A stretch of 64,000 bases of DNA from an uncultured Planctomycetota bacterium (GTDB lineage Bacteria > Planctomycetota > CAZGEP01), in contig CAZGEP010000003.1 in the NCBI GenBank assembly GCA_964524955.1, positions 15 to 64,014 of the forward strand, in the 5' to 3' direction. The position numbers and the translations under genes were made by a program. This document shows positions 47,752-57,203 of the stretch, one piece after another. The number at the start of each line of letters is the position of its first letter. The first letter of the stretch is position 1. The notes under the pieces were generated by a model. The model searched no databases and was not told the origin of the DNA. It was given only the letters and a program-made list of their open reading frames with translations.

Positions 47752-49509
47752 ATGAAAAAATTACTTGTAACATTTATGGTATTGATTGCAGGAATTAACC
47801 TGTTTAGTCAAGCAGAGGTATGGGAAGATAATACCGCCCCCGGGACAATCAGGGCTGCTGTAAACGCAAAGTTTGTGGCATTGCAGGATAGCCTTATTGA
47901 TGCACATGATTCGATAAATGTGTTTTCGGATTCAATCATTGCCTTTTCCGGTACTCTTGTCGTTCATAGGGGGTTGATTGATCTGAATTATGCTTGGATA
48001 TATGATATAATGAATGATTCGCTTCCCAGGCTTACTGATTCAGTTAGTATTTTCTCAGATAGTATTTATTCGTATGATACGAGGATAACATCGGCTGCAG
48101 CAAGTGGAGGAGGTTCGATGGTCTATCCTGGTGCAGGAATACCATTATCAACTGGTTCCGGATGGGGTACGTCAATAACCGATAATAGTGAAAATTGGAA
48201 TACTTCATTTGGATGGGGGGATCATGCCGTGCCAGGTTATTTAACATCTGTAGGTATAAGCGATTTAACAGCAACAGGAACTGCATCTTCATCTACTTAT
48301 TTAAGAGGGGATAATACTTGGGCTACTGTTGCTGGTAGTTCATACACATTCAGTGATGGGTTGAATGAAGATGCTGGTACTATAACCTGGGATAGCACGG
48401 AGGTGTATCGTGTGCAGGACAGCATAAAGACGGCCTTGGCCGACACCGGACAAATAGGAGACTATGCCTTTGTGTTTGCAGATACTACGGGATCAGGAAA
48501 AGAACTGGCCACCTCATACGATACAGACACTCTCGCCACTAATGCCTATGCAGCGATGGGAGGGGGATCAACTGACACGACCAATCTCAGTCGCAGGATT
48601 GACAGCCTTGCCACCGAGCTTACCAATTTGGAAGGAAAATTTGATCAAATTCTTACTTCGCTTGAAACGTTGGACAGCGATGTGGTTGCTCCACAGCTAA
48701 CCAGTATAGAGATTGGAACGTATGATGATAGCATCTTTGTAATGCTGTTTGATACCACGGACATACATCAGGACAGTGTGCCGTTAGTGGCTGATTTTGA
48801 CGTTACCGAGGACGGCAATTCCTACGGCATAACCACCAGTGGGGTAAGCATTTCATTGGATACGGTATTCCTTGCAATGGATAGTGCGGGACTGGCCGGG
48901 GCAACCTACCTGGTGGACTACACGAAGGGCATTCCGGCATTGCAGGACAGTACCGGGAATGAAACGGCCAGTTGGACCGATGAGAGTGTGACGAATAATA
49001 TTACAGAAGCGTCACCGGAGCAGAACCTTGTCTTGTATAGCGAACAGATAGATGATGCGGAATGGGCGAAAACGAACCTGACTATTTCTACCAATGTTAC
49101 TGATGATTTGGATGGAGAAACTACCATAGACAGGTGTACCCCTGAGTCCTCTGAGGAGGCTTATTTGGAACAGGATATATCTGATTTGTCAGCATCTACT
49201 GATTATGTTTTTGCCTTCGATGCAGCGCATGACGGTAGTTGGGGGTCTAACGATTTAATTGCTGTGGTAGAAAATCGTGGTGATTTTTCTACAATAGTAG
49301 ACAGCACGTATCATACGAGTATAAGTTCCTCAATAACACGCATAGAAATAGAATTTACGACTCCTTCTGGATTGTCAAGTGATGTTCGTTTCAAGATAAT
49401 TACTTGTTCTTGGCTTGATGATTATGTCGAAGTAGGCAGGGTGCATGTATATGAAGGAGAGATTGGTGATAAGTCTTATGTAACTACGACAGATACCGCT
49501 GAAGAATGA
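47752..49509 (+). CDS. secreted/tail-fibre-like protein with N-terminal signal peptide (585 aa); shares the NWNTxxGWGDHA module with the giant tail fibre
   Basis: MKKLLVTFMVLIAGINLFSQA signal-like N-terminus; ENWNTSFGWGDHAVPGYLT (nt 48194-48235) parallels SNWNTAYGWGDHAAAGYLT in the tail fibre (18770.., 20709..); T/S/D-rich. Confidence 0.5.
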   Translation: MKKLLVTFMVLIAGINLFSQAEVWEDNTAPGTIRAAVNAKFVALQDSLIDAHDSINVFSDSIIAFSGTLVVHRGLIDLNYAWIYDIMNDSLPRLTDSVSIFSDSIYSYDTRITSAAASGGGSMVYPGAGIPLSTGSGWGTSITDNSENWNTSFGWGDHAVPGYLTSVGISDLTATGTASSSTYLRGDNTWATVAGSSYTFSDGLNEDAGTITWDSTEVYRVQDSIKTALADTGQIGDYAFVFADTTGSGKELATSYDTDTLATNAYAAMGGGSTDTTNLSRRIDSLATELTNLEGKFDQILTSLETLDSDVVAPQLTSIEIGTYDDSIFVMLFDTTDIHQDSVPLVADFDVTEDGNSYGITTSGVSISLDTVFLAMDSAGLAGATYLVDYTKGIPALQDSTGNETASWTDESVTNNITEASPEQNLVLYSEQIDDAEWAKTNLTISTNVTDDLDGETTIDRCTPESSEEAYLEQDISDLSASTDYVFAFDAAHDGSWGSNDLIAVVENRGDFSTIVDSTYHTSISSSITRIEIEFTTPSGLSSDVRFKIITCSWLDDYVEVGRVHVYEGEIGDKSYVTTTDTAEE

Positions 49510-51593
49510 AAAAACTAATATATATATTGATATTCGTTTCTGCTTCTGCCATTGGGCAGACTACGTACTATATATCACAAGAGGATGGGGATGCGGATTA
49601 TACTTCTTATGATGCGTTGATATCAAGTGTAGGGACTTTAACCCCTGGGGATAGTATATTGTTCAGGGCCGGAGAGACGTGGCGTGATGACTATTCTATT
49701 ACAGAAAGTGGTTCAGAGGGCAATTACATATATTTTGGTCGATATGGGACCGGAGATAACCCCAAGTTTCTTGGCTCACGTAGGGAACCTTCATGGTCTG
49801 CTTCGGGAACAGATAATGTATGGCAATCTTCATCCAGTGATTACAGTAGTGATTGGTTTGACAATTATTATTCAGCTCGCATATTCTTCATGCAGGATGA
49901 TAGTGTTACGTGGGGAGAGTTTGAAACATATACATCCGGATATACGAATCTAACTGAGGAATATGACTTTACTTACAACGGTGGGCGGGTGTATGTGTAC
50001 TCAACTACCGATCCAGACAATGTTTATGATTCTATCGAGGTTACTGTTCGTAGCAGAATATGGTCTTTTGAAGACTCGAATCCTGAAAGCTATATCGAGT
50101 TTAATGGAATAGACATGAAGTTCCCCAGATTATCGTGCTTTTATTCGGGCTATCCCGAGGTGGCGGGGGCAACAGACCTTATATTTCGGAATTGTACCAT
50201 TGGTTATGTTGGATATAAAGGGAGTGGATATGGATATGGATTAGAGGTGTTTCATTCTAATTTCTTAGTGGAGGATTGTTTTTTCTCAGATTGTGGCCGT
50301 AGGGCCATATCATATAATCTCTATGATGGTACAAGAACGGAGAGTGATTATGCGTATCTTTCTAATATAATTGTAAGAGACAATACGTTTAAGCGGGGGT
50401 ATCACACATCTTCTTTAGACCTCTCGTCACAACAAACCGAATATGATACGATTGTTGATGTATATTTCTACAATAATGTTGTTGATGATAGTGAAATAGC
50501 TGACATAGGTAGCTGGGCTCCTTCTAATCAGGTGTTTCTCCAGAATGGAAGTAATGTTTGTTGGATTAATAATGTTTACGTTGTCGGTAATGTGTTTATA
50601 CATTCGACAGGGGCTAATATTCTTTTTGAAGGCACCGACACGTCTTATGCTTACAATAATACTATTATAGGACACCACCCTGATTTGACTGAATCGCCGC
50701 AAGTTAATGTGGTCTGGCAGTATGGAGATGGGGTTGGATCATATGTCAACAATGTATTATATGATAACCTACCGGACAACGCTCTTAACAATCAGGGAGT
50801 ACAACAATATTACGCAGAAGATGGGGAGGGCGAGCCTGTACATAATTATACATTCGAAGAAAAAGATTACAACCTTTATTACCAAGAAAACCCCGGCGTG
50901 GCTGGTGGTGACAGGAATTTTTCAGCGCATAGAGCAAATAATACAGGGGGCAATGGGTATTGGGACATTACGGAGTGGGAAACCTATCTATCTGAAAACT
51001 CCACCGCAGGGTTTGAAGCCAACTCACCTGACCCTACATGGATGAACTTCGCAGATACCGCAAACCATGACTATAGCCTGACCGATTCTTCTGATGCTGT
51101 AGGAACGGGCACCGCTATTAATTGGATCATCACAGGAGCCTTTCATGATGTACCCGCAGATACGATTAACAAGTATGATATTACCGGATATGAGTATGAC
51201 CGCAGCTCTGTTGATCTTGGTGCTTATGCGTATCAAGGGGTAGACTCAACGGCAACCGATATAACTTCGTTTGGGTTACCGGAACAGACCGGCTCTGGAA
51301 CAATCAACACGACCAACCACACGGTAAGCATAGAGGTAAGTTACGGAACAGACCTATCTGCCCTAACCCCGACTATAACGATCAATGGAGAATCAATTAG
51401 TCCGGCATCGGGAGTGGAGCAGGACTTCACCTCTACTGTAACTTACACCGTAACCGCTTATAATAGCACCACACAGGATTGGGAGGTGACTGTTACCGAG
51501 GCATCAGAACCCGAAGAACCCACCTCTACCGGTACATGGATTAAGTCCGGGGGAGTGTGGCTGAAAAGTAATGGAACGTACATAAAACTATAA
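49506..51593 (+). CDS. signal-peptide-bearing right-handed beta-helix protein (695 aa), tailspike/polysaccharide-depolymerase-like with C-terminal Ig-like domain
   Basis: MKKLIYILIFVSASAIGQ N-terminus; periodic h-x-N/D-N-x-h turns (NNVYVVGNVFIHS, NNTIIGHH, FRNCTIGYVG); C-terminal TxTVTAYNSTTQDWEVTVTE Ig-like segment. Confidence 0.45.
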   Translation: MKKLIYILIFVSASAIGQTTYYISQEDGDADYTSYDALISSVGTLTPGDSILFRAGETWRDDYSITESGSEGNYIYFGRYGTGDNPKFLGSRREPSWSASGTDNVWQSSSSDYSSDWFDNYYSARIFFMQDDSVTWGEFETYTSGYTNLTEEYDFTYNGGRVYVYSTTDPDNVYDSIEVTVRSRIWSFEDSNPESYIEFNGIDMKFPRLSCFYSGYPEVAGATDLIFRNCTIGYVGYKGSGYGYGLEVFHSNFLVEDCFFSDCGRRAISYNLYDGTRTESDYAYLSNIIVRDNTFKRGYHTSSLDLSSQQTEYDTIVDVYFYNNVVDDSEIADIGSWAPSNQVFLQNGSNVCWINNVYVVGNVFIHSTGANILFEGTDTSYAYNNTIIGHHPDLTESPQVNVVWQYGDGVGSYVNNVLYDNLPDNALNNQGVQQYYAEDGEGEPVHNYTFEEKDYNLYYQENPGVAGGDRNFSAHRANNTGGNGYWDITEWETYLSENSTAGFEANSPDPTWMNFADTANHDYSLTDSSDAVGTGTAINWIITGAFHDVPADTINKYDITGYEYDRSSVDLGAYAYQGVDSTATDITSFGLPEQTGSGTINTTNHTVSIEVSYGTDLSALTPTITINGESISPASGVEQDFTSTVTYTVTAYNSTTQDWEVTVTEASEPEEPTSTGTWIKSGGVWLKSNGTYIKL

Positions 51594-51636
51594 AAAAAAT
51601 TATTCAAAGCCATGTAGAATTATAATCTTACTAATT

Positions 51637-52050
51637 ATGTCAGACGAAAACGAAAAAATCCATGAAGTGAGATACGAAGCATTGGCACAGTTAATGGCAC
51701 AGAACCAGGAGGATCAAAAAGACCATTGGAAGCGTTTTGAGAAAAATTTCGATGAGTTTAAGAAAATATTATACAAAGATCTTAACGAGTTAAAGGATTA
51801 CAACACAAAACAGAACGGACACATTCAAGAAGCTATCCATAGGCTTAATGTATTGGAAAAAGCAGACGCTACTCATTTAATAGATTGCCCATTAAACGAA
51901 AAGGTGCGTACCTTGGAGGACGCTCAAGAATCAAATAAAGCAATTAAGAGATGGGTTAAAACCGTATTATGGAGTATAAGTATTATACTTGGTATTATAT
52001 GGATATTATTTCAGGTAGCAATAAGAATATATGATATACCAGTGAAATGA
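51637..52050 (+). CDS. lysis-cassette membrane protein (137 aa; N-terminal coiled coil, C-terminal TM), holin-like
   Basis: C-terminal VLWSISIILGIIWILFQVAI; ATGA-coupled to the endolysin gene. Confidence 0.35.
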   Translation: MSDENEKIHEVRYEALAQLMAQNQEDQKDHWKRFEKNFDEFKKILYKDLNELKDYNTKQNGHIQEAIHRLNVLEKADATHLIDCPLNEKVRTLEDAQESNKAIKRWVKTVLWSISIILGIIWILFQVAIRIYDIPVK

Positions 52051-52490
52051 ATTACACCATATCACATATAGAGATGTTTGCTCACGCCATGAGTTATTAT
52101 GGAATAAGAGAAATTCCCGGAGAGGAGCATAACAAAGAGATATTAAAGTTTTTTGAAGAGATTGGTCATGCATGGGTCAAGACAGATGAGACGTCCTGGT
52201 GTAGTGCGTTTATCAATTACCTGGCAAAGGTAAATGGATATGAGTATTCCGGGAAGCTGGATGCCCGTAGCTGGCTAAATGTAGGGCATAAAGTAATGTT
52301 GCCTAATCCTGGTGATATTGTAATATTTTGGCGTGAACATATTACCTCATGGAAAGGGCATGTTGGCCTGTTTGTCCGGGATGATGGAACGGAAATATAT
52401 ACCCTGGGGGGTAATCAGAATAATTCAGTATGTATTAAACCATACCCGAAATATAGGGTACTTGAATATAAAATGCTAAATAAGATATAA
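52047..52490 (+). CDS. endolysin, TIGR02594-type (CHAP/NlpC-P60-superfamily) cell-wall hydrolase
   Basis: YYGIREIPGEEHNKEILKFFEEIGHAWVKTDETSWCSAFINY...WKGHVGLFV matches the conserved 'GVREVPGSKHNPEIL...DDETAWCSAFVNW' block with putative Cys and His catalytic residues. Confidence 0.65.
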   Translation: MNYTISHIEMFAHAMSYYGIREIPGEEHNKEILKFFEEIGHAWVKTDETSWCSAFINYLAKVNGYEYSGKLDARSWLNVGHKVMLPNPGDIVIFWREHITSWKGHVGLFVRDDGTEIYTLGGNQNNSVCIKPYPKYRVLEYKMLNKI

Positions 52491-52496
52491 GTCCTA

Positions 52497-52838
52497 TTGT
52501 TAAACATAAATCTTAAAATTATGGAATTTCTATTATTGTTTCTTTGTGGCCTTGGCGGTATCTTGTTTCACGTCATAGCGAAATTCAGGGACGCTCTATC
52601 AAAAGAACCCAAAAAAAATCAGACACCAATGAAACGGTTAAGGGTAGTCTGGACAAAGTTTGATGTATTGGGTAATCTATCTTATGCATTATTTGCTGTG
52701 TTGTTGATTTTAGTTGTGATTGGACTAAGAGATACCCTGAATGCTGTTGGCATACCGGTCACCTACATTACGTTAATCTTTTACGGCTATGCAGCTGACA
52801 GTGCGTTTAAGAATCTTAAACCGGAAAACGTTAACTAA
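52497..52838 (+). CDS. holin-like multi-TM small protein (113 aa)
   Basis: 2-3 predicted TM helices (EFLLLFLCGLGGILFHVIA; LSYALFAVLLILVVIGL; VTYITLIFYGYAA). Confidence 0.4.
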   Translation: MLNINLKIMEFLLLFLCGLGGILFHVIAKFRDALSKEPKKNQTPMKRLRVVWTKFDVLGNLSYALFAVLLILVVIGLRDTLNAVGIPVTYITLIFYGYAADSAFKNLKPENVN

Positions 52839-52844
52839 TACGAC

Positions 52845-53582
52845 ATGAAATGGTTATCTGACTTTTTAGACTGGTTCAATAAGCAGCTGGGGCGAATCAA
52901 AACCATAGCTGTTATTGTCCTGGTAATTTTATTTGCTGTTGCAGCGATCAATAACGGCTGCCAGAGAGAGTACGCCAATGATCTTGTTGAGAGGGTAACC
53001 GGGCTGAATGTGCAGAACGATATTCTCAAAAAAGAGAACAAGGAGATAATACAGGATTTAGATAGTCTTAAAACAGCCTACAGAGAGCTTGTATTGAAGT
53101 ATGAGAGGACAGATAGTATAAGAGACGTCTATGGGGAGATCATAGCTGATTTAAAGTATCAGCGTGATACATTGAAGGATTACATACGAAAAACACCCAC
53201 GAATGAACTGTATGAATGGCTTGATAAAATCCGGTTTCCCTACCAGGGAGAAAAGATTTATAAGTTTAACCAGCCACAGGTTAGTGATATTTATTATGTA
53301 ACCCAAGATTATGATATTGTAAAAGAGGAGAACGAGGTGCTATCTGATGATATTAGTCAATGTGATTACCAGCTTGCGTTAAAGGATAGTCTGCTTAATA
53401 ACAGGATGCAGTCAATGGCGTTAATGAAATCAACTGTTCGAAATAATAATGAGATCATACTCAACCTGGAAGAGAAGGTTGAGGTTACAGAAGATCAGGT
53501 GAAAAGATATAAACGTAAGTTATTCTGGTGGAAATTAGGAACAGGGGTTGCTGTTGTGGGTGGAATTATTCTTGCATTGTAA
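52845..53582 (+). CDS. spanin-like/lysis-associated bitopic protein (245 aa): N-terminal TM ending ...NNGC, coiled coil, C-terminal TM
   Basis: IKTIAVIVLVILFAVAAINNGC ... heptad-rich middle ... WWKLGTGVAVVGGIILAL. Confidence 0.35.
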   Translation: MKWLSDFLDWFNKQLGRIKTIAVIVLVILFAVAAINNGCQREYANDLVERVTGLNVQNDILKKENKEIIQDLDSLKTAYRELVLKYERTDSIRDVYGEIIADLKYQRDTLKDYIRKTPTNELYEWLDKIRFPYQGEKIYKFNQPQVSDIYYVTQDYDIVKEENEVLSDDISQCDYQLALKDSLLNNRMQSMALMKSTVRNNNEIILNLEEKVEVTEDQVKRYKRKLFWWKLGTGVAVVGGIILAL

Positions 53583-53589
53583 TTTTTTG

Positions 53590-53597
53590 TATATTTG
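53590..53597 (+). promoter_or_regulatory. -7 box TATATTTG upstream of the 53633 gene
   Basis: Exact TAnnTTTG 36 nt before the ATG; no well-spaced -33 TTTG. Confidence 0.3.
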
Positions 53598-53632
53598 TTA
53601 TAAATCCAGTATTAATTTAAAAATTAGAAATC

Positions 53633-53923
53633 ATGAAATTAGATGTTCCGAAAAGACGTTTCGACAAGCCTGAAACAAGTAAGGTTCAATTTCAGACTCC
53701 TACTGGTGGTCGCAAAAGTATTGGTCAAACCGAAGATTATCAGTTCTGTGAACTGCCCTTCCAGGTTCCGACATATACCGTTGCTACTGCCCCGGATGCT
53801 GATACTGCTGTAGGGGCGATTATCTATGTCTCCGATGGAGATGCAGGTTCCGCTACCCTGGCGTTCTCTGATGGCACCAATTGGAAAGCGGTAGCCACAA
53901 ATGCCAATATTGCCACCAGCTAA
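53633..53923 (+). CDS. hypothetical small protein (96 aa)
   Basis: ORF followed by a terminator. Confidence 0.45.
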   Translation: MKLDVPKRRFDKPETSKVQFQTPTGGRKSIGQTEDYQFCELPFQVPTYTVATAPDADTAVGAIIYVSDGDAGSATLAFSDGTNWKAVATNANIATS

Positions 53924-53972
53924 TAATTACTTCGTAGGTAGTTTTTAGTTTATCATGGTTATTGGTGCAGAG

Positions 53973-53999
53973 GGAGATCTATATGGTCTCCCTTTTTTT
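53973..53999 (+). terminator. rho-independent terminator (GGGAGA/TCTCCC stem + T7)
   Basis: gggagatctatatggtctccc then ttttttt. Confidence 0.55.
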
Positions 54000-54009
54000 A
54001 TCACAAATA

Positions 54010-54041
54010 TTTGTAAACAAAAATATTTTGTTATAGCTTTG
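54010..54041 (+). promoter_or_regulatory. Bacteroidetes sigma-A-type promoter: -33 TTTG (54010-54013) and -7 TAGCTTTG (54034-54041), 20-nt spacing
   Basis: Both consensus elements at canonical spacing, ~25 nt upstream of the first gene of the replication module (54067). Confidence 0.55.
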
Positions 54042-54066
54042 AAGTATCTAAACAAATATATTAAAA

Positions 54067-54408
54067 ATGAAAAACGAAGTAGGATTAGTTCATCCCTTTG
54101 ATATGAAGCTGGTAAAGACGGACCCTGCTTTGGTTGAGAAGATCGCCAAGCAAAGAAAATTGGATCCCGAGTATGTCAAAAATGTCATGCGGCATAATCG
54201 GTTTACCTTCAATCAATTTGCTGATCTGACAGGTCGTAGTATTCATACTATCACCAATTACACCAGACAGATAGAGATGATCGGGGACAAGCCTTCCACA
54301 AGGTTGCAGTATTGCAGACCCTATCCAGATATGAATGGACTGGGGCCAAAGTTTATCGTCCGCAATGAAAATTCAGAAAAGTTTTTGCTACAGACCATAA
54401 AGGAGTAA
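54067..54408 (+). CDS. helix-turn-helix DNA-binding protein (113 aa)
   Basis: FTFNQFADLTGRSIHTITNYTRQ HTH-like segment; first gene after the promoter. Confidence 0.45.
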   Translation: MKNEVGLVHPFDMKLVKTDPALVEKIAKQRKLDPEYVKNVMRHNRFTFNQFADLTGRSIHTITNYTRQIEMIGDKPSTRLQYCRPYPDMNGLGPKFIVRNENSEKFLLQTIKE

Positions 54409-54409
54409 T

Positions 54410-56392
54410 ATGGAATTTAGTGATTTAGGCATAAAAACTGACCTGACCAAGGAGCAGTCATATACCACATGTCCCGAATGTAGCCACGATCGAAAGAAGA
54501 AGAATGAGCCTTGTTTAACCGTGCATAATGAAACGGGGAACCGGTGGTTTAAATGTCACCATTGTGGCTATTCAGGTAACCTGGAGATCATGGGTAGGTA
54601 TGATAAAGTGCGTAAGAACGCCATGATGCCAAAAAATATTGGCCCGGGCAGGGCATTTGGGGTTGATTTTTCAAAGTATATTTCTAAAAGAGGTCTATCA
54701 TCACGTACATTATCCAAAGAGGGGATCTATGAAACATCCGATGGTAAGCTGATTGGTTTTCCGTATTACCAGGGGCAGACTCTTGTCAATGTGAAGTTCT
54801 ATGTTCCTAAACCTAAACCGCCAAGGTACCTGAAATGGTTTCAGATGAAACAGGAACATGGCACCAAGGTGTGTTTTTTAGGTATGCAGAATATCTCTAT
54901 TGATAAGACACCGCCACACCTGAGAGATCATAAAAACACTGTTATTATTACTGAGGGAGAATGGGATTTTCTGACATGGAAAGAGGTTGGAAAGGATAAC
55001 GTCTTATCAGTACCTATGGGGGCACCGGCTGAGAATGCCAAAGATTTTCGTAAGGAGTTTCAATATATACATGATGATGGCTATTTCAAAGGAATGGCTA
55101 AACATATTGATCTGTTCTATTTGTCCGTTGATGATGATAGTCCGGGGCATCTTTTAAAAGAACACCTGGCCAAGATCCTGGGACCGCATAAATGTATGGT
55201 GGTGAATTACCCTGATGGGTATAAGGATATCAATGAGGTTCTTATTGGTGATGAGAAGAAACAACTACCGGCATTGGGTAAGGAGGGCGTTCTACAATGT
55301 TACCGTAATGCCAAGGCATATCCTATTAAGGGAATAATATCTATCTCTCAGCTATCGGATGATCTTGAGTTATTTCAAAAAACAGGACTGACGGCCGGGT
55401 TAAAGATTGGCGTTCCTGAAATAGATTGGCTTTTTACTGTTAAGCGTAAGCATTTATCCTTCTGGACAGGGATCCCCGGTATGGGGAAGACAGTTGCCCT
55501 TCGTTGGTATCTGATCAAGCTACTACTGAATAATCCTGATGAGGACCTGAAGTTTGCTTTATTTACTCCTGAGAACCGGCCCCCGGCCAGGGAGATTGTT
55601 AAGATGGCTGAATTGCTGGTTGGTAAAAGGTACATGGAGGGGCGTCCGGATTCAATGACTGATAAGGAACGGGAACATGCATTGAACTTTATAAGAAAGC
55701 ATTTCTTTATCATCTCTCCTGATCGGTTTAATTTTGAGAGTTTTGAGGGGGAGATAGGCAATGGATCAGTGAACAGCACTCAATCGATCTTTAACTATAT
55801 ATCCTATTTGGCCAAGACGCACAATATCTTTGGATATGTCATTGACGCCTTTAACAAGCTGGACAATGAACAACCACGTAACCGGACAGAGACGCAATAT
55901 GTATCACAGATCCTGGACTACTTCATTGATTTTAATGAGGCACATAATGTTCACGGATATATTGTAGCCCATCCCACCAAAACATCGAAGGATTCCAATG
56001 GGAATTATATGATGCCGGCCTTATATGATATCGCAGGATCCAGGGCATGGTATGAAAAGGCTGATATAGGGCTGATCATGCACCGGTATAAGTATATGGT
56101 TAATGAGGATGCATCTGATGATGGCGATGATTTGAAATATAAGGCCAGGACCCATACACCGCTTTATGTAAAATGTGAGAAGATCAGATTCGAAGAACTG
56201 GGAAACATAGGTATTACCAGGCTGAATATTGATCGATATTCTAATTTTACCGTTCATCCTGATGATGTTGGAAAGCACCTGCAGCATGTCACAGAGGATG
56301 ATACTCCCGGGGAACAGGAAATACGTTTATGGGATGATGATGATAACCGGGATCCGTTAGGTGGAGATGTGCCAAATGATTTACCATTTTAA
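54410..56392 (+). CDS. DNA primase-helicase (zinc-ribbon + TOPRIM primase fused to DnaB/T7-gp4-like P-loop helicase)
   Basis: CPEC-x15-CHHC zinc ribbon; TOPRIM VIITEGEWD and SVDDDSPG; Walker A GIPGMGKT; Walker B GYVIDAFNK; IAGSRAWYEKADIGLIMHR helicase motif. Confidence 0.8.
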   Translation: MEFSDLGIKTDLTKEQSYTTCPECSHDRKKKNEPCLTVHNETGNRWFKCHHCGYSGNLEIMGRYDKVRKNAMMPKNIGPGRAFGVDFSKYISKRGLSSRTLSKEGIYETSDGKLIGFPYYQGQTLVNVKFYVPKPKPPRYLKWFQMKQEHGTKVCFLGMQNISIDKTPPHLRDHKNTVIITEGEWDFLTWKEVGKDNVLSVPMGAPAENAKDFRKEFQYIHDDGYFKGMAKHIDLFYLSVDDDSPGHLLKEHLAKILGPHKCMVVNYPDGYKDINEVLIGDEKKQLPALGKEGVLQCYRNAKAYPIKGIISISQLSDDLELFQKTGLTAGLKIGVPEIDWLFTVKRKHLSFWTGIPGMGKTVALRWYLIKLLLNNPDEDLKFALFTPENRPPAREIVKMAELLVGKRYMEGRPDSMTDKEREHALNFIRKHFFIISPDRFNFESFEGEIGNGSVNSTQSIFNYISYLAKTHNIFGYVIDAFNKLDNEQPRNRTETQYVSQILDYFIDFNEAHNVHGYIVAHPTKTSKDSNGNYMMPALYDIAGSRAWYEKADIGLIMHRYKYMVNEDASDDGDDLKYKARTHTPLYVKCEKIRFEELGNIGITRLNIDRYSNFTVHPDDVGKHLQHVTEDDTPGEQEIRLWDDDDNRDPLGGDVPNDLPF

Positions 56393-56413
56393 ACTATTAT
56401 CGTAAACTACCCA

Positions 56414-56674
56414 TTGGCTAAAAGACCAATGGGTTTCCTTGCCGAAAGAGTTATGAAACGAATACAACGAACAGCGTTAAGGAGAGTTATCTGGGATCAT
56501 TTTGATAAAGGAGCAGATCGCAATAAGCTAATGGATGAGATGGTTGAGTTCATTGAGAAACACTATGCGGAGGTTAGTTTAACTAACAACCAGGTATTAA
56601 GTGAACTTATCATTGATATCAAAGACAGTGGAGGTTTAAACCGATGGAAACAAAGGTTAGGTCAAAATGAATAA
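56414..56674 (+). CDS. hypothetical small protein (86 aa)
   Basis: ORF overlapping the rusA start. Confidence 0.4.
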   Translation: MAKRPMGFLAERVMKRIQRTALRRVIWDHFDKGADRNKLMDEMVEFIEKHYAEVSLTNNQVLSELIIDIKDSGGLNRWKQRLGQNE

Positions 56675-57056
56675 TCAAGTCCTCATATTTACAGGTGATG
56701 TTGTCGGAAAACCCAGAATGACAAAAAAGGATAAGTGGAAGGCCAGGACCGCCACCTCTAAATATTGGGCATTTAAGGATTTATTGACAATAATAGCCAG
56801 ACAGCAGAGGTTCACTTTGAGTAACAGAATATCTATAGAGGTTGAGATCGCCATGCCTAAATCATGGACTCCAACACGGAAAAAAGCAATGTCCATGCAG
56901 CCACATATGCAGAAGCCTGATATTGACAACATCTTAAAATCCATTCAGGATATATTACTTAAAGATGATTCAGGAATATGGGAGGTTCATATAATCAAGC
57001 GATGGACAATAATACCGGAGAGTCGATTAATCATTATAAATTTAGGTGATGAGTAA
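56667..57056 (+). CDS. rusA: RusA-family Holliday-junction resolvase
   Basis: KPDIDNILKSIQDILLKDDSGIWEVHIIKRW aligns with E. coli RusA [34 protein letters not shown] (catalytic D-x-D-N and DD). Confidence 0.7.
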   Translation: MNNQVLIFTGDVVGKPRMTKKDKWKARTATSKYWAFKDLLTIIARQQRFTLSNRISIEVEIAMPKSWTPTRKKAMSMQPHMQKPDIDNILKSIQDILLKDDSGIWEVHIIKRWTIIPESRLIIINLGDE

Positions 57057-57201
57057 AATAAAGGGCAAGTGCATTTGTGGCAATAAAGCTACTTCGGAAT
57101 GGGTGATATATGAAGGAGATTGGGCAAGAACTATGAAATGGTGTAATAAGTGTAGGCCCAAAAGAGAAACAAAAGATTTAGTCAAAATACATTCGGAATA
57201 G
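57049..57201 (+). CDS. small zinc-ribbon protein (50 aa), not in the ORF track
   Basis: MSKIKGKCICGNKATSEWVIYEGDWARTMKWCNKCRPKRETKD...; CxC-x20-CxxC; fills the rusA to 57204 gap exactly (ATGAGTAA overlap). Confidence 0.35.
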   Translation: MSKIKGKCICGNKATSEWVIYEGDWARTMKWCNKCRPKRETKDLVKIHSE

Positions 57202-57203
57202 TC

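Noticed and set aside
52845-53582. Lipoprotein u-spanin call from NNGC
   Set aside because: The residues preceding Cys (I-N-N-G-C) do not form a canonical lipobox [LVI][ASTVI][GAS]C; kept only as a generic spanin-like membrane protein.
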